Positions 21,233-35,515 are shown, counted from the first letter of the stretch. The stretch is DNA of 64,000 nucleotides from an uncultured Actinomycetota bacterium (GCA_963836555.1 CAWIKT010000024.1:5431-69430), one strand, 5' to 3'. Numbers and translations: made by a program. Notes: generated by a model from the letters alone, not told the origin.

Positions 21233-21547
21233 TGAAGTCCCTCTCTACGCGCCCACGATCTGGCCGAGCGGGTCATCGGTGACTACTCGTCGCGATAAAC
21301 GTAGAGGCGCTAGGGAATTCCCGTCAACACGGTCCGCCTTGCTGAATGCCCAAGTGCGGCTTGGGAATTTACCTCGAGTTCATCGACGCCGGGAGTTGGT
21401 GACTGCAGGAATGCGCGTTGAGGGGGCGCTATGTGGGAATGTCGCAGCGTGCGGCGGGATTAAGCGGCATGCACACCGAATACGATCATCGTTGGATTTA
21501 ATACCGGTGTAACTCAGAAACCATGAAGTCTTAACGGGTAAAGCGCC

Positions 21548-22360
21548 GTGATACATATCTCTCACAACGCGTTGGGCGAGTCTGACCTGACGGCTGCCGC
21601 TTTCGGTGAGCGGCCTGGTCAGTGGCCGTTACCGCACACGACGACTCCGCACCAGCGCTGGCTGCGGGCGGTCGCCGCCGGGGGACAGGGACGCTACGGC
21701 AGCGCGTATGCCGATCTTGCAGCGTTGGTCCGGGCCGTCCCGTCGGCCCAGCTGGCGTCGCTTGCCCACAGCACGCGGGCGTCGTTTCTGCGCCAGTTGG
21801 GCTGGCATGACCGTGCCCGCGGCTGGGACGGCCGCGCGCTGGCGCTGGCGGGCGACGATCCCGAGGCGGCCGGCGACGCGCTGACCGGGCTCGCGGCCGA
21901 CGCGCTTGGCGTGGGACGGCTGGCCGCCTCGGCGACGTTGCTGGCCCGCGCGGAGCCATTCGTGACGGGAGCGCCGCGCCGGCTGGCGGTGCGTCGGGCG
22001 TGGGTCGCGGCCGAGTTGGCCATGGTCGGCGGCGACGGCAGTAGCGCGGTGCGCAACGCCGAGATCGCGGTCGAGTTGGCGGCGAGCACCCTCGACGGGG
22101 CCGCCAGGCACCGAGCCAAGAGCCAGGTGGTGCTGGCCGCCGCCCTGTGCAGCGCCGGCGCCCTCGACCGTGCGCGCTCCGTCGCCGACGCGGCACTGGA
22201 GCTCACCGGCGGCCTGGGACTGGTCCCGTTGCGCTGGGCGCTGGCCTGCCTGCTCGTCGACCTTGCCGACGGGGGACGCCGGATCACCGAGTTGCGCGAC
22301 ATTCGGGACGGCTGCGCGCGCCGCGTCGAGCACTGGGGTGGGACCTGGCGACGGTCATGA
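21548..22360 (+). CDS. Conserved hypothetical protein (Rv3415c-like)
   Basis: AAAFG..PGQWPLP and AVAAGGQGRY; syntenic position between whiB3 and sigD. Confidence 0.8.
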   Translation: MIHISHNALGESDLTAAAFGERPGQWPLPHTTTPHQRWLRAVAAGGQGRYGSAYADLAALVRAVPSAQLASLAHSTRASFLRQLGWHDRARGWDGRALALAGDDPEAAGDALTGLAADALGVGRLAASATLLARAEPFVTGAPRRLAVRRAWVAAELAMVGGDGSSAVRNAEIAVELAASTLDGAARHRAKSQVVLAAALCSAGALDRARSVADAALELTGGLGLVPLRWALACLLVDLADGGRRITELRDIRDGCARRVEHWGGTWRRS

Positions 22361-22419
22361 GATCTGCCGGGTCGTTATTGTCGAGATGACATCCCACCGG
22401 GCCGGGCGCCACTCGGCTC

Positions 22420-22445
22420 GTAACGCTGGAGACGTTGCCGCCGAT
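22420..22445 (+). promoter_or_regulatory. SigD-type promoter motif at the sigD start (autoregulation candidate)
   Basis: GTAAC(GCT)...CGAT with 17 nt between GTAAC and CGAT. Confidence 0.55.
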
Positions 22446-23022
22446 GACAACGCAGGAGGAACGTCTCGACGCGGTTGTTGCCGACGCCGTCGCAGGTGAT
22501 CGGGACGCGCTTCGAGAGGTTCTGGAGACCATCCGCCCGATCGTGGTCCGGTACTGCCGCGCGCGCGTCGGGGCCTTCGAGCGGAGCGGTCTATCGGCTG
22601 ACGATGTGGCACAGGAGGTTTGCTTGGCCGCCGTAAAGGCGTTGCCGCGCTACCGAGATCGCGGCCGCCCGTTCCTGGCTTTCGTGTACGGCATCGCCGC
22701 ACACAAGATCGCCGACGCATACCGCGCCGTCGGCCGCGATCTCTCTTATCCCACTGAGTCCGTTCCCGAACGACTGGCGAGCGAGCCTGGTCCTGAGCAG
22801 TCGGCGATCGACGCCGACTCCATAACCAGGATGAGCGAGCTGCTCGATGTGCTGCCGGACAAGCAACGCGACATTCTGATCCTGCGCGTGGTGGTCGGCC
22901 TCAGCGCAGAGGAGACCGCCGAGGCCGTCGGCAGCACCGCGGGAGCGGTACGCGTTGCCCAGCACCGCGCGCTGGCGCGGCTCAAGTCGGCGATCGCCGC
23001 GGCGGGACGCGACTATGTCTGA
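22444..23022 (+). CDS. sigD: ECF RNA polymerase sigma factor SigD
   Basis: ERLDAVVADAVAGD, SADDVAQEVCLA, AVRVAQHRAL; alternative TTG start at 22435. Confidence 0.96.
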   Translation: MTTQEERLDAVVADAVAGDRDALREVLETIRPIVVRYCRARVGAFERSGLSADDVAQEVCLAAVKALPRYRDRGRPFLAFVYGIAAHKIADAYRAVGRDLSYPTESVPERLASEPGPEQSAIDADSITRMSELLDVLPDKQRDILILRVVVGLSAEETAEAVGSTAGAVRVAQHRALARLKSAIAAAGRDYV

Positions 23023-23707
23023 CACGTTTGACCAGCCACAACCGCATGAAGTCGCGCGCAGCGCCCGCTTCATCGACGCCTTGGCCAACCGCGAGCCGGT
23101 CGACTTCACCGACCTGACCGGCGACAGCCAAGCCGGGGACCGGGAGCTGGCCGGGTTGCTGGAGAACTGGCGCGACGATCTGCGGGGCCACCCGGTCTTG
23201 GACATGTGTGCCGAGCAGGACGCCGCAAGGGTGCTCGAGCGTGGGCTGGCGGGGCAGCGGCGGGCCCGCCGCCGGATGGCGGTGCTTAGCGTGGCGGCTG
23301 CGGCAGTTGTTGGTGTCGCCGCATTCGGCGCGGTGTTAGGGCAGGTCAAACCAGGTGAAGCGTTGTACGGCGTCCGCACCGCGCTGTTCGGCGAGCCGGC
23401 GTCGGTGCACGACGACAAGGTCGCGGTGTCGGCGGAGGCCGATCTGGATCAGGTTGAGCAAATGATTGCGTTGGGCCAGTGGGACCAGGCCCACGAGAAA
23501 TTGGCCGCGGTCGGGGCGAACGTCCAGGCGGTCAAAGACGGCGGGCGCAAGCAGGGGCTGATCGAGAAGGTCAACCGGTTGAACGCCAAGGTGGTCAGCC
23601 GCAACGCCCATGCACCGGCACCGGTGGTCGGTGGGACAGCCTCGGTCGGGGTCATACCACCAGGTGCTCCGGTGATTACCGTGGCGCCCAACCCATTCGG
23701 TAGCTGA
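23015..23707 (+). CDS. rsdA: Anti-sigma-D factor
   Basis: Overlaps the sigD stop; FIDALA, LLENWRDDL, one TM helix, PGEALYG..LFGE. Confidence 0.88.
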   Translation: MSDTFDQPQPHEVARSARFIDALANREPVDFTDLTGDSQAGDRELAGLLENWRDDLRGHPVLDMCAEQDAARVLERGLAGQRRARRRMAVLSVAAAAVVGVAAFGAVLGQVKPGEALYGVRTALFGEPASVHDDKVAVSAEADLDQVEQMIALGQWDQAHEKLAAVGANVQAVKDGGRKQGLIEKVNRLNAKVVSRNAHAPAPVVGGTASVGVIPPGAPVITVAPNPFGS

Positions 23708-23717
23708 ACGAGAAGTG

Positions 23718-24125
23718 CTATTCCCGCGACATCGGGGTGTCTGTGGTCGCCTCGTTGAGCGACGCATCGGCGTATCCGCGGCAGTAATCCCAGGTCACGT
23801 ACGAATCAGGCTCGGGGTCGTAGGCCGGCTCGTGCGGGCGGACCGTGCCGTCGACCAGCAGCTGAAGCAGGTTCGCGCGCAGCATGTCCCAGTCATGGTA
23901 GTGATCCTGCTGACATTCGTCGCAGCACACCACTAGGCCGCGAATCCCCTTGTGCGCCAACAACGCTTCGTATACCGCGAGGTCGGCCAGATCGGCCTCC
24001 ACCGCCATCCGCTCCTGCGGGTCCAACGGTTGCCCCGGCTCGACCGCGTCCAACGCCGCCGACGGATCACACGGGTCGTCGGCAAACGGGTCGGGCGGCA
24101 GCCCAGGCGGAAGGTAGTCGCGCAC
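23718..24125 (-). CDS. Conserved protein (DUF5319, Rv3412-like)
   Basis: LPPGLPPDPFADDP, CCDECQQDH, WDYCRGY. Confidence 0.9.
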   Translation of the reverse strand: MRDYLPPGLPPDPFADDPCDPSAALDAVEPGQPLDPQERMAVEADLADLAVYEALLAHKGIRGLVVCCDECQQDHYHDWDMLRANLLQLLVDGTVRPHEPAYDPEPDSYVTWDYCRGYADASLNEATTDTPMSRE

Positions 24126-24240
24126 GGGTCCACAGTACGCAGCCTGGCGGGCATCACGCCAGCGCTACCCCGCGGCCCAGCGGCCATGTCGGGGTCTGGT
24201 TGGGCGCACGCGCCGCGCGGCGTCTGCCATGGTCGGGGCG

Positions 24241-24296
24241 TGATTGCCCGACTCCTCCGCGCGCCGCGCCGCGGCGCGCATCGTCGGCGGGCGGGC
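24241..24296 (-). repeat. MIRU-type element, copy E, in the Rv3412-guaB2 divergent region
   Basis: Minus strand GACGAT-GCGCGCCGC-GGC-GCGGCGCGC-GGAGGAGTCGGGCAATC. Confidence 0.8.
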
Positions 24297-24348
24297 AGCC
24301 GATAGGATGGCTCAATCACTCCGCGCTCGTACTGGGAGGGCCCCGGCT

Positions 24349-27105
<2,757 letters not shown>

Positions 27106-27107
<2 letters not shown>

Positions 27108-27178
27108 CCGGGCCATCTGACCGCCCGATGACGATGCAGAGCGCGCAGCGCGATGAGGAGGAGCCGGGCCATCTGACC
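27106..27178 (+). repeat. MIRU-type element, copy F (56-bp period, 17-bp direct repeat)
   Basis: AGCCGGGCCATCTGACC at 27106 and 27162 flanking GACGATGCAGAGCGCGCAGCGCGATGAGGAGGAG. Confidence 0.9.
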
Positions 27179-27201
27179 TGGTTCGCTGGTTACTACCCGC
27201 G

Positions 27202-27215
27202 AGTATGTACATACT
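27202..27215 (+). promoter_or_regulatory. Perfect 14-bp palindrome overlapping the probable -10 of leaderless choD
   Basis: AGTATGTACATACT; CATACT ends 6 nt before the ATG at 27222. Confidence 0.5.
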
Positions 27216-27221
27216 GGGGCG

Positions 27222-29027
27222 ATGGAGCCTGACTACGACGTCTTGATCATCGGTTCGGGTTTTGGGGGCAGCGTCACCGCGCTGCGGCTGACCGAGAAGG
27301 GCTACCGGGTCGGCGTCCTCGAAGCCGGCCGTCGCTTCGCCGACGAGGACTTCGCCAAGACCTCCTGGAACCTCCGCAAGTTCCTGTGGGCGCCGCAAGC
27401 TCGGCATGTACGGCATCCAGCGCATCCATCTGCTGCGCAACGTGATGATCCTGGCCGGCGCCGGCGTCGGCGGCGGGTCGCTGAACTACGCCAACACGCT
27501 GTACGTGCCATCGGAGCCGTTCTTCAACGACCAGCAGTGGTCGCACATCACCGACTGGCGGTCGGAGTTGATGCCGCACTACGAGCAGGCCAAGCGAATG
27601 CTCGGCGTCGTCACCAACCCGACCTTCACCGACGCCGACCGCATCCTCAAAGAGGTCGCCGAGGACATGGGCTGCGGCGACACCTTCGTGCCGACCCCGG
27701 TCGGCGTCTTCTTCGGCCCCGACGGTACGAAGGCGCCGGGCGAGACGGTGCCCGACCCGTACTTCGGCGGCGCGGGCCCGGACGCGCACCGGCTGCCTGG
27801 AATGCGGCAGCTGCATGACCGGCTGCCGATTCGGCGCCAAGAACACCTTGGTGAAGAACTATCTGGGCCTCGCGGAATCCAATGGCGCAGAGGTGCATCC
27901 GATGACGACGGTCACGAATTTCGAACAGCGCAAGCGACGGAATGTGGGAGGTGCGCACCGCGCGCACCGGCCGCGCGTTGCGCCGCAAGAGGCGCACCTT
28001 CACCGCCAAGCACGTGGTGCTGGCCGCGGGCACCTGGGGCACACAGCATCTGCTGTTCAAGATGCGCGACAAGGGCAAGCTGCCCGAACTCTCCGACCGG
28101 CTCGGCGAGCTGACCCGCACCAACTCCGAATCCATCGTCGGGGCCGGCCGTCTCGAGGTCAGTCCTGACCTCGACCTGACCCACGGGGTGGCGATCACGT
28201 CGTCGATCCACCCGACACCGGACACCCACATCGAGCCCTGCCGCTACGGCAAGGGTTCCAACGCAATGGGTCTGCTGCAGACGCTGATGACCGACGGACC
28301 CGGTGAAGGCGGCAGCGACGTGCCTCGCTGGAGGCAGCTGATGACCAACGCCGGCGAGGACCCGCGCGGCACGCTGCGGCTGCTCAATCCGCGGCGCTGG
28401 AGTGAGCGCACGATGATCTCACTGGTGATGCAGAACCTGGACAACTCGATCACCACGTACACCAAGCGCACGAAGCTGGGACGCCGCCGCTACGTCAGCA
28501 AGCAGGGCCACGGTGTGCCGAACCCGAGCTGGATCCCGGCCGGCAACGAGGCCACCCGTCGCATCGCCGAGAAGATCGACGGCGTCGCCGGCGGAACCTG
28601 GGGCGAGTTGTTCAACATTCCGCTGACCGCGCACTTCCTCGGTGGCGCGGCGATCGGCGACAGCCGCGAGGCCGGCGTCATCGACCCGTACCACCGGGCC
28701 TACGGCTACCCGACGCTGTTCGTGGTCGACGGTGCCGCGATCTCGGCGAACCTCGGGGTCAACCCGTCGCTGTCGATCACCGCGCAGGCCGAGCGGGCCG
28801 CGTCGCTGTGGCCGAACAAGGGGGAGAACGACATTCGACCCCAGCAGGGCGAGGCCTACCGTCGGCATCGACCCGATCGCACCGGCCCACCCGGTGGTGC
28901 CGGAATCAGCGCCCGGCGCGCTGCGCTGGCTGCCGATCGAATCGATCGACGCCGTGAAGAAGCAGGAAGACAGCGACATCAAGCGCAGCGAGGACGCATC
29001 AGCCCCGTTCGCAGCTCAGCTGGTTGA
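27222..29027 (+). CDS. choD: Cholesterol-oxidase-like GMC oxidoreductase (frameshifted)
   Basis: [41 protein letters not shown] in successive frames. Confidence 0.93.
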
Positions 29028-31392
29028 CCGAGCCATACGCGCCGGTGTATGCGGTGCGCGTCCCGGGCGGCTGCTGCGGCGGTGGCAGCAGCGGTTCCCG
29101 CTTCGTCAGCGTGATGGTCGTCGGCTCGGTGGTGCTGAGCTCGAGGTCCTCGCCGGCGTGCCGGATGGTCAGCTGCTCATCCGTCGGGCCCGTCGCGCAG
29201 CGTGTAGGTGACCTCGTCGTGGTCGACGTCGACGGTCAGCCGGAAGTCGCGCCAGCGCAACCGGAATCGCAGGCGCGAGATGCCGTCGGGCAGATACGGG
29301 TTGAGGGCCAGCACCCCTTCGTCGTCGCGCAGGCCGCCGAAGCCGGCGACCAGCGCGGTCCACGCGCCGGCCAGCGAAGCCATGTGCAGCCCGTCTTTGG
29401 TGTTGTGGTGCAGATCGCGCAGGTCGACCAGCGCCGCCTCGTAGGTGTAGTCGTGGGCCAGCTCCACATGCCCGACATTGGCGCACATCACCGCCTGGGT
29501 GCAGGCCGACAGCGACGAGTCGCGCACCGTGCGCCGCTCGTAGTAGTCGACGTTGCGCGCCTTCTGCTCGTCGGTGAATTTGTGGCTCTGCCAGTACATG
29601 GCGAGCACCAGGTCGGTTTGCTTGACCACCTGGGCCGAATACAGCAACGCGTAGGGCTCGTGCAGCAGCAGCGGATATTTGTTTCTGTCGTCGAAGTCCC
29701 ACTCGGCGTAGGTGGTGAAGCCTTCGGACTGCGGGTGCACGCCGAGCTCTTCGTCGTAGGGAATGTGCGCGGCGTCAGCGGCGTCACGCCACGCCGCGGT
29801 CTCGTCGCTGGTCACGCCCATACTCGCGGGCGGCTTCGGAGTGCCGGGCACACGCGTCGGCCGCGACCCGAAGGTTGTGCGCCGCCATCATGTTGGTGAA
29901 CACGTTGTCCCGCACGATCGCGGTGTACTCGTCGGGGCCGGTAACACCGTCGAGGTGCCACACGCCGTGGCGGTCGTGGTGGCCGAGCGAATGCCACAGC
30001 CGGGCCGTCTCGACGAGCACCTCCAGCCCGCAGTCCTTCTCCAGCGACTCGTCGCCGGTGACGATGCGATAGCGCTCGAACGCCATCGCGATGTCGGCGT
30101 TGATGTGCCACGCCGCGGTTCCGGCCGGCCAGTACGCCGAACACTCCTGACCGCGAATCGTCCGCCAGGGGTAGCTGGCACCCTTGAGGTCCAGCTGCGC
30201 GGCGCGCTCCCTCGCCAAATCCAATGTCGAAGCGCGCCAACGTAATGCGTCGGCAGCGGCGTGCGGCAGGGTGTAAGTCAGCACCGGAAGGACGAACCCG
30301 TCGGTGTCCCAGAAGATGTGGCCGTCGTACCCGGTGCCGGTCAGGCCTTTGCTGGCGATGCCGCGGCCTTCGGCGCGCGCACTGGCCTGCAGCAGGTGAA
30401 AGAGCCCGAACCGGACCGCCTGCTGGCAGATCGGGTCGCCCTCGACCTCGACGTCGGCGCCGTCCCAGAAGTCGTCGAGGATCTTGCGCTGCGCGTCGAC
30501 AAGACCCTTCCAGCCGCTATAACGGGCGCTGTGCAACGCGGCGGCGGCTTGGTCGCGCAGCGCGGGGCGCGACCGCTGGCTCGACCAACCGTAGGCCAGG
30601 TATTTCACGATGCGCAGCTGTCTGGCCCGGTCGCAGTCCACAGATCACTGTGGTGCGGGCGAGGTCATCGCTCGCGTCGTTGCTGATCTCGTAGCGGCCC
30701 TCGACCTCGATCTCGTGGTCCATGGCCGCGGCCATCATCAGCGCGCTGGCTCGCGTCCGGTGCATCAGCAGTGCGCCGCATTCGGTGTCCTCGTGCTGGA
30801 CGGCCTCGAGCGGATTGTCGAGGATGGCCGCCACCCGCGGATCGCCGGACGTCACGGGCTGGTCTTCGTTGGCGACCAGCTCGGATTGCACTGTGACACG
30901 GACGAATTGGTCGACAGCCTCGACGATGTATTCGATGGCGACAACGCTGCGCTGGGCCAGCGAAACCATCCGGGTCGAGGTCACTCTGACCTGCTTGCCG
31001 ACCGGGGACTGCCAGTGCGCGTCGCGGGTCAGCGTTCCGGCGCGCAGATCGAGAATTCGCTCATGGCTCAGCAGCTTGCCGTAGCGGACGTCGAACGGTT
31101 CGTCGTCGACCAGCAGTCGCAGGATCTTGCCGTTGGTGACGTCGACGATGGTTTGTCCCGCTTCCGGATATCCGTAGCCCGCTTCGGCATAGGGCAGCGG
31201 CCGCACTTCGTAGAACGAGTTGAGGTAAGTGCCAGGCAGGCCATGCGGCTCGCCCTCGTCGAGGTTGCCGCGAATTCCGATGTGTCCGTTGGACAGAGCG
31301 AAGAGCGACTCTGACTGGGCCAGCATGTCGAGATTCAGCTTGGTCTCGCGAATCTGCCAGGGTTCGACCGGCAGCGTGTCATCCGGGATCAT
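29016..31392 (-). CDS. Glycoside hydrolase family 65 (trehalose/maltose phosphorylase, Rv3401-like), frameshifted
   Basis: [49 protein letters not shown]; 3' end approximate. Confidence 0.92.
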
Positions 31393-32133
31393 CACGAGCT
31401 CCTGAAGTAATTCGCCGAGATCGGAGACCACGACATCGGCCCCGTGACTGTGTAATGCGTCGGCCTGGTCTGCCCGATCGACGCCGACGACGAAGAAATT
31501 ACCCGCGCGGCCCGCTTCAACACCCGACAGCGCGTCCTCGAAAACGGCTGCGCGGCCGGGATCTACGCCGAGCAGCTGGGCGGCGCGCAGATAGGAGTCC
31601 GGAGCCGGTTTGCCGGCGATGTGCTCCTCGCGCAGCGTCACACCGTCGACGCGCTGCTGGATGTACTTCTCCAACCCGGTGATCTCCAGCACCTCACGGG
31701 TATTGGCGCTCGACGACACCACCGCGGTGGCCAATCCGGCGGCTGCGACCTTCTCCAGGTAGCGCCGCGAACCCTCGAATACCTTGACGCCGTCGGCGTG
31801 CAGCGTCTCCTGGAAGGCGTCGTTCTTGCGGTTGCCCAGGCCGTAGACGGTGTCCTTGTCGGCCGAGTCGTCGGGGTCGCCGTCGGGCAGTTCGATGTCG
31901 CGACTGGCCAGAAACGAGCGCACCCCGTCTTCGCGCTTCTTGCCGTCGACGTACTTCAGGTAGTCGTCGACCGGATCGAACGGCACAAACTGTTCGCCAT
32001 TCTGCTCGGCACGGTGCTTCAGGAAGGCATCGAACATCACCTTCCAGGCCTTGGTGTGCACGCTCGCAGTGTCGGTGAGCACGCCGTCGAGATCGAACAG
32101 GCAGGCGTGCACAGCTTCCGGTAGACCCAGCAC
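31393..32133 (-). CDS. Beta-phosphoglucomutase-family HAD hydrolase (Rv3400-like), read in frame with the GH65 gene in this sequence
   Basis: [23 protein letters not shown]. Confidence 0.92.
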
Positions 32134-32286
32134 GGCGGGGCCTCCCTTCTATGATGACTTCGGCCAGGGGTGGTTTTGGTTGCTGCCGTAAGCAGTTACA
32201 CCTCACCATGCCCGATGCAGCTTCGCCAGGCGATCCGGCTCACCGACTGTGTTACCGCTGTTCGGTTGCCCCGGTTGGCGTGGCTC

Positions 32287-32898
32287 TCAGGTCGGTGGGG
32301 TGCCGGTGAACACGCCCTCGGCCAAGCGGAGCCACGCCTTGCGGAACCGCTCGGTGTCGACATCACCGGGCGTTCGCCCCACCAACAACTGCGCGATCGG
32401 TAGGTAGGCGAGCGCGGCCACCAGCACGATCGCCGTGGCTTCGGGGTCGTCGAGCTGTGCCGCGCCGGCCTCCGTCGCGGCGGTCAGCGCCCGTCCCACC
32501 CGCTTGTAGGCGGTGGTGGTCGCGACCGACCACACGTCGTCGACCATGCCGTCGAGCGCCTCGGGTTCGCGGAACATCACCCGCAGCAGTGCGGTGTTGT
32601 TGTTGACGCTGGCCCAGATCTGTTCGGCCCCGGCGCGCAACGCGCCCTGGACGTCGGTGGGCCGGGTCCGGTTGTAGTCGTCGTGCATGGCACCCATCTG
32701 TTCCAGGTGCCGACGGGTCGCCTCCTGCAGTAGCGCCTTCTTAGACGGGAAGTGCTTGTACAGGGCGCCGGACCCCGGCGACAGGCCGCAGGCCCCCTGG
32801 ATGTCGGCGATTGACGTCGCGCCGTAGCCCTGCCGGGCGAACAGGGTCATGGCCGCATCCAGCAGGCGTTCCCGAGTACTGGCATCAGGCGATGTCAT
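32287..32898 (-). CDS. TetR-family regulator
   Basis: TRERLLDAA...GALYKHFPSK helix-turn-helix. Confidence 0.92.
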   Translation of the reverse strand: MTSPDASTRERLLDAAMTLFARQGYGATSIADIQGACGLSPGSGALYKHFPSKKALLQEATRRHLEQMGAMHDDYNRTRPTDVQGALRAGAEQIWASVNNNTALLRVMFREPEALDGMVDDVWSVATTTAYKRVGRALTAATEAGAAQLDDPEATAIVLVAALAYLPIAQLLVGRTPGDVDTERFRKAWLRLAEGVFTGTPPT

Positions 32899-32949
32899 GG
32901 GCGTGACCGTACCTGGAGCCCGCTACATCGGTGAGTGAGCGCTTACCGG

Positions 32950-33840
32950 TCAGCTCGCGGGGGCCGCCACTGCCTGCAGCGGCGCGCCGCTGATCACCCT
33001 GCTGCGTTGGCCGTGAACGTCGACGGGTACGTCGCCTTGCACGGTGACGCGGTGCATCAACCGGTACTGGCTGTCGTAGTCGTCGACGGCGCGGTGCTGG
33101 GTGGCGCGATTGTCCCACACGGCGACGTCGCCGGACTCCCAGTTCCATCGAATAGTATTCTCTGGCATGGTAATTCGACGTTGCAGCAACTCGAGCACGG
33201 CTTGCGACTCGTAGTTGTCCAGCCCAATAAAACCGCGGACGAAGTCGCCGGCCACCAAGGTTCGCTCACCGGTCTCGGGGTGCACTCGGACGACGGGGTG
33301 TTCGGTGCGGAAGTCGATCCTCTCGAAAAGCTCCCGGTAGGACTTCTGGCCACCGGTCTGCGCCTGAGGCGGTGCGATGTAGTCGAACCGGTTGCTGTGC
33401 AGCGCCCAGAGATTATCGGCGAGGTGCTTGAAGGAGTCGGGCATTTGTTCGTAGGCCGCCGCGGTGTTGGCCCACAGCGTCGAGCCGCCGTAGCTCGGCA
33501 GGGTGACGGCGCGCAGGACCGAGGCGGCCGGGTAGTTCGCGACGAACGTGACGTCGGTGTGCCAGCGATTGGCTTTGCCGAACTCGGAGTTGATCGGCGT
33601 GATCACCGGCATCTTGTCCTGTTGCACCGCCGGGTGGGCGACGGGAGTGCCCAGCCGCGCGGCGAAGGCGTGCTGCCCGGCGTCGTCCAGGTGATGCTGG
33701 TCGCGAAAGAAGATCACCTTGTGTCGTAGCAACGCTTTTCGGATGTCTGCGACGGTGCCGGCATCGAGGTCGGCGGATAGCTCGACGCCGTCGATGCGGG
33801 CGCCGATGCGGCTGCCCAGCCGGGTCACGGTCATTGCCAT
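32950..33840 (-). CDS. TauD-family Fe(II)/2-oxoglutarate dioxygenase (alkyl-sulfate dioxygenase, Rv3406-like)
   Basis: [27 protein letters not shown]; AAAGGA RBS. Confidence 0.92.
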   Translation of the reverse strand: MAMTVTRLGSRIGARIDGVELSADLDAGTVADIRKALLRHKVIFFRDQHHLDDAGQHAFAARLGTPVAHPAVQQDKMPVITPINSEFGKANRWHTDVTFVANYPAASVLRAVTLPSYGGSTLWANTAAAYEQMPDSFKHLADNLWALHSNRFDYIAPPQAQTGGQKSYRELFERIDFRTEHPVVRVHPETGERTLVAGDFVRGFIGLDNYESQAVLELLQRRITMPENTIRWNWESGDVAVWDNRATQHRAVDDYDSQYRLMHRVTVQGDVPVDVHGQRSRVISGAPLQAVAAPAS

Positions 33841-33860
33841 GAGAGTCCTTTCACGCCCGA

Positions 33861-33914
33861 CTGTAGTCATCTGACTACAGCGTCATGGGAGTGAGTGTAG
33901 ACGTATGACTACAG
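33861..33914 (-). promoter_or_regulatory. Tandem palindromic operators upstream of the TauD gene
   Basis: CTGTAGTCA-TC-TGACTACAG (33861-33880) and a 16/20 copy at 33895-33914. Confidence 0.8.
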
Positions 33915-33955
33915 CGGCGTCAAGCGTAGGGTTCGCAAGCGCGCGCCTCTAGACT

Positions 33956-35515
33956 GTGCCGGTGGAGTCCGCATCGCCCCGTCCCGTGCTGGTCGTCGAT
34001 TACGGCGCGCAATACGCCCAGTTGATCGCCCGCCGGGTTCGCGAGGCGCGGGTCTTCTCGGAGGTCATTCCGCACACCGCCTCGGTCGACGAGATCAAGT
34101 CCCGCGATCCGTTGGCGGTCGTGCTGTCCGGCGGTCCCGCCAGCGTCTACGCCGAGGGCGCACCACAACTCGATCCCGCGTTGTTCGACCTGGACGTGCC
34201 GGTGTTCGGCATTTGCTACGGATTCCAGGCGATGGCGCAGGCACTCGGCGGAACGGTCGCCCGCACCGGCACCAGCGAGTACGGCCGTACCGAATTGAAT
34301 GTCGTTGGCGGGGAGCTACATTCAGACCTTCCCGGCACTCAGCCGGTATGGATGAGCCACGGCGACGCCGTCACCTCCGCGCCCGCAGGCTTCGAGGTGA
34401 TCGCCAGCAGCGCCGGTGCCCCGGTGGCCGGATTCGAGAACCGGGCGCGTCGACTGGCCGGCGTGCAGTACCACCCCGAGGTGTTGCACAGTCCGCACGG
34501 ACAGCAGGTGTTGACGCGGTTCCTGCACGAGTTCGCCGGCATTGCCCCGGACTGGACGCCGGCCGGTATCGCCGAGGCATTGATCGAGCAGGTGCGCAAT
34601 CAGGTCGGCGACGGCCACGCGATCTGCGGGCTGTCCGGCGGGGTTGATTCAGCGGTGGCCGCCGCTCTCGTACAGCGCGCCATTGGCGATCGGCTGACGT
34701 GCGTGTTCGTTGACCACGGTTTGCTACGCGCCGGCGAGCGTGCCCAGGTGCAACGCGATTTCGTCGCGGCCACCGGCGCCAACTTGGTGACCGTCGACGC
34801 CGAGAAGACCTTCCTGGATGCGCTGTCCGGCGTGACCAACCCGGAAGGCAAGCGCAAGATCATCGGGCGACAGTTCATCCGGGCGTTCGAAGGCGCGGTG
34901 CGAGATGCCCTGGGCGACAATGAGACCGAGTTCCTTGTGCAGGGAACGCTGTACCCCGATGTGGTGGAGTCCGGTGGTGGTACTGGTGCGGCGAACATCA
35001 AAAGCCATCACAACGTCGGTGGCCTGCCCGACGATCTGAAGTTCGCTCTCGTCGAGCCGTTGCGACTGCTGTTCAAAGACGAGGTTCGCGCGGTCGGACG
35101 TGAGTTGGGCCTGCCCGAGGAAATCGTTGCGCGCCAGCCCTTTCCGGGGCCAGGCCTGGCAATCCGCATCATCGGTGAAGTCACCGCGGATCGACTGGAT
35201 ACGCTGCGTCGCGCCGACACGATTGCACGCGAGGAATTGACGGCGGCAGGCCTGGACCAGCAGATCTGGCAGTGCCCGGTGGTGCTGCTCGCGGATGTCC
35301 GGTCGGTGGGAGTGCAGGGGGATGGCCGGACCTACGGGCATCCGATCGTGCTGCGACCCGTCTCCAGCGAGGACGCCATGACCGCCGACTGGACCCGGGT
35401 GCCCTACGACGTGCTTGAGCGAATCTCGACCCGGATCACCAACGAGGTGGCCGAGGTCAACCGCGTGGTGCTCGATGTCACCAGCAAGCCGCCCGGCACC
35501 ATCGAGTGGGAGTAG
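33956..35515 (+). CDS. guaA: GMP synthase (glutamine-hydrolysing)
   Basis: [35 protein letters not shown]. Confidence 0.99.
   Translation: MPVESASPRPVLVVDYGAQYAQLIARRVREARVFSEVIPHTASVDEIKSRDPLAVVLSGGPASVYAEGAPQLDPALFDLDVPVFGICYGFQAMAQALGGTVARTGTSEYGRTELNVVGGELHSDLPGTQPVWMSHGDAVTSAPAGFEVIASSAGAPVAGFENRARRLAGVQYHPEVLHSPHGQQVLTRFLHEFAGIAPDWTPAGIAEALIEQVRNQVGDGHAICGLSGGVDSAVAAALVQRAIGDRLTCVFVDHGLLRAGERAQVQRDFVAATGANLVTVDAEKTFLDALSGVTNPEGKRKIIGRQFIRAFEGAVRDALGDNETEFLVQGTLYPDVVESGGGTGAANIKSHHNVGGLPDDLKFALVEPLRLLFKDEVRAVGRELGLPEEIVARQPFPGPGLAIRIIGEVTADRLDTLRRADTIAREELTAAGLDQQIWQCPVVLLADVRSVGVQGDGRTYGHPIVLRPVSSEDAMTADWTRVPYDVLERISTRITNEVAEVNRVVLDVTSKPPGTIEWE

Noticed and set aside
21233-21560. CRP-like sites or a small ORF in the whiB3 upstream region
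   Set aside because: Spacing does not fit TGTGA-N6-TCACA and the short ORFs lack RBS or codon support
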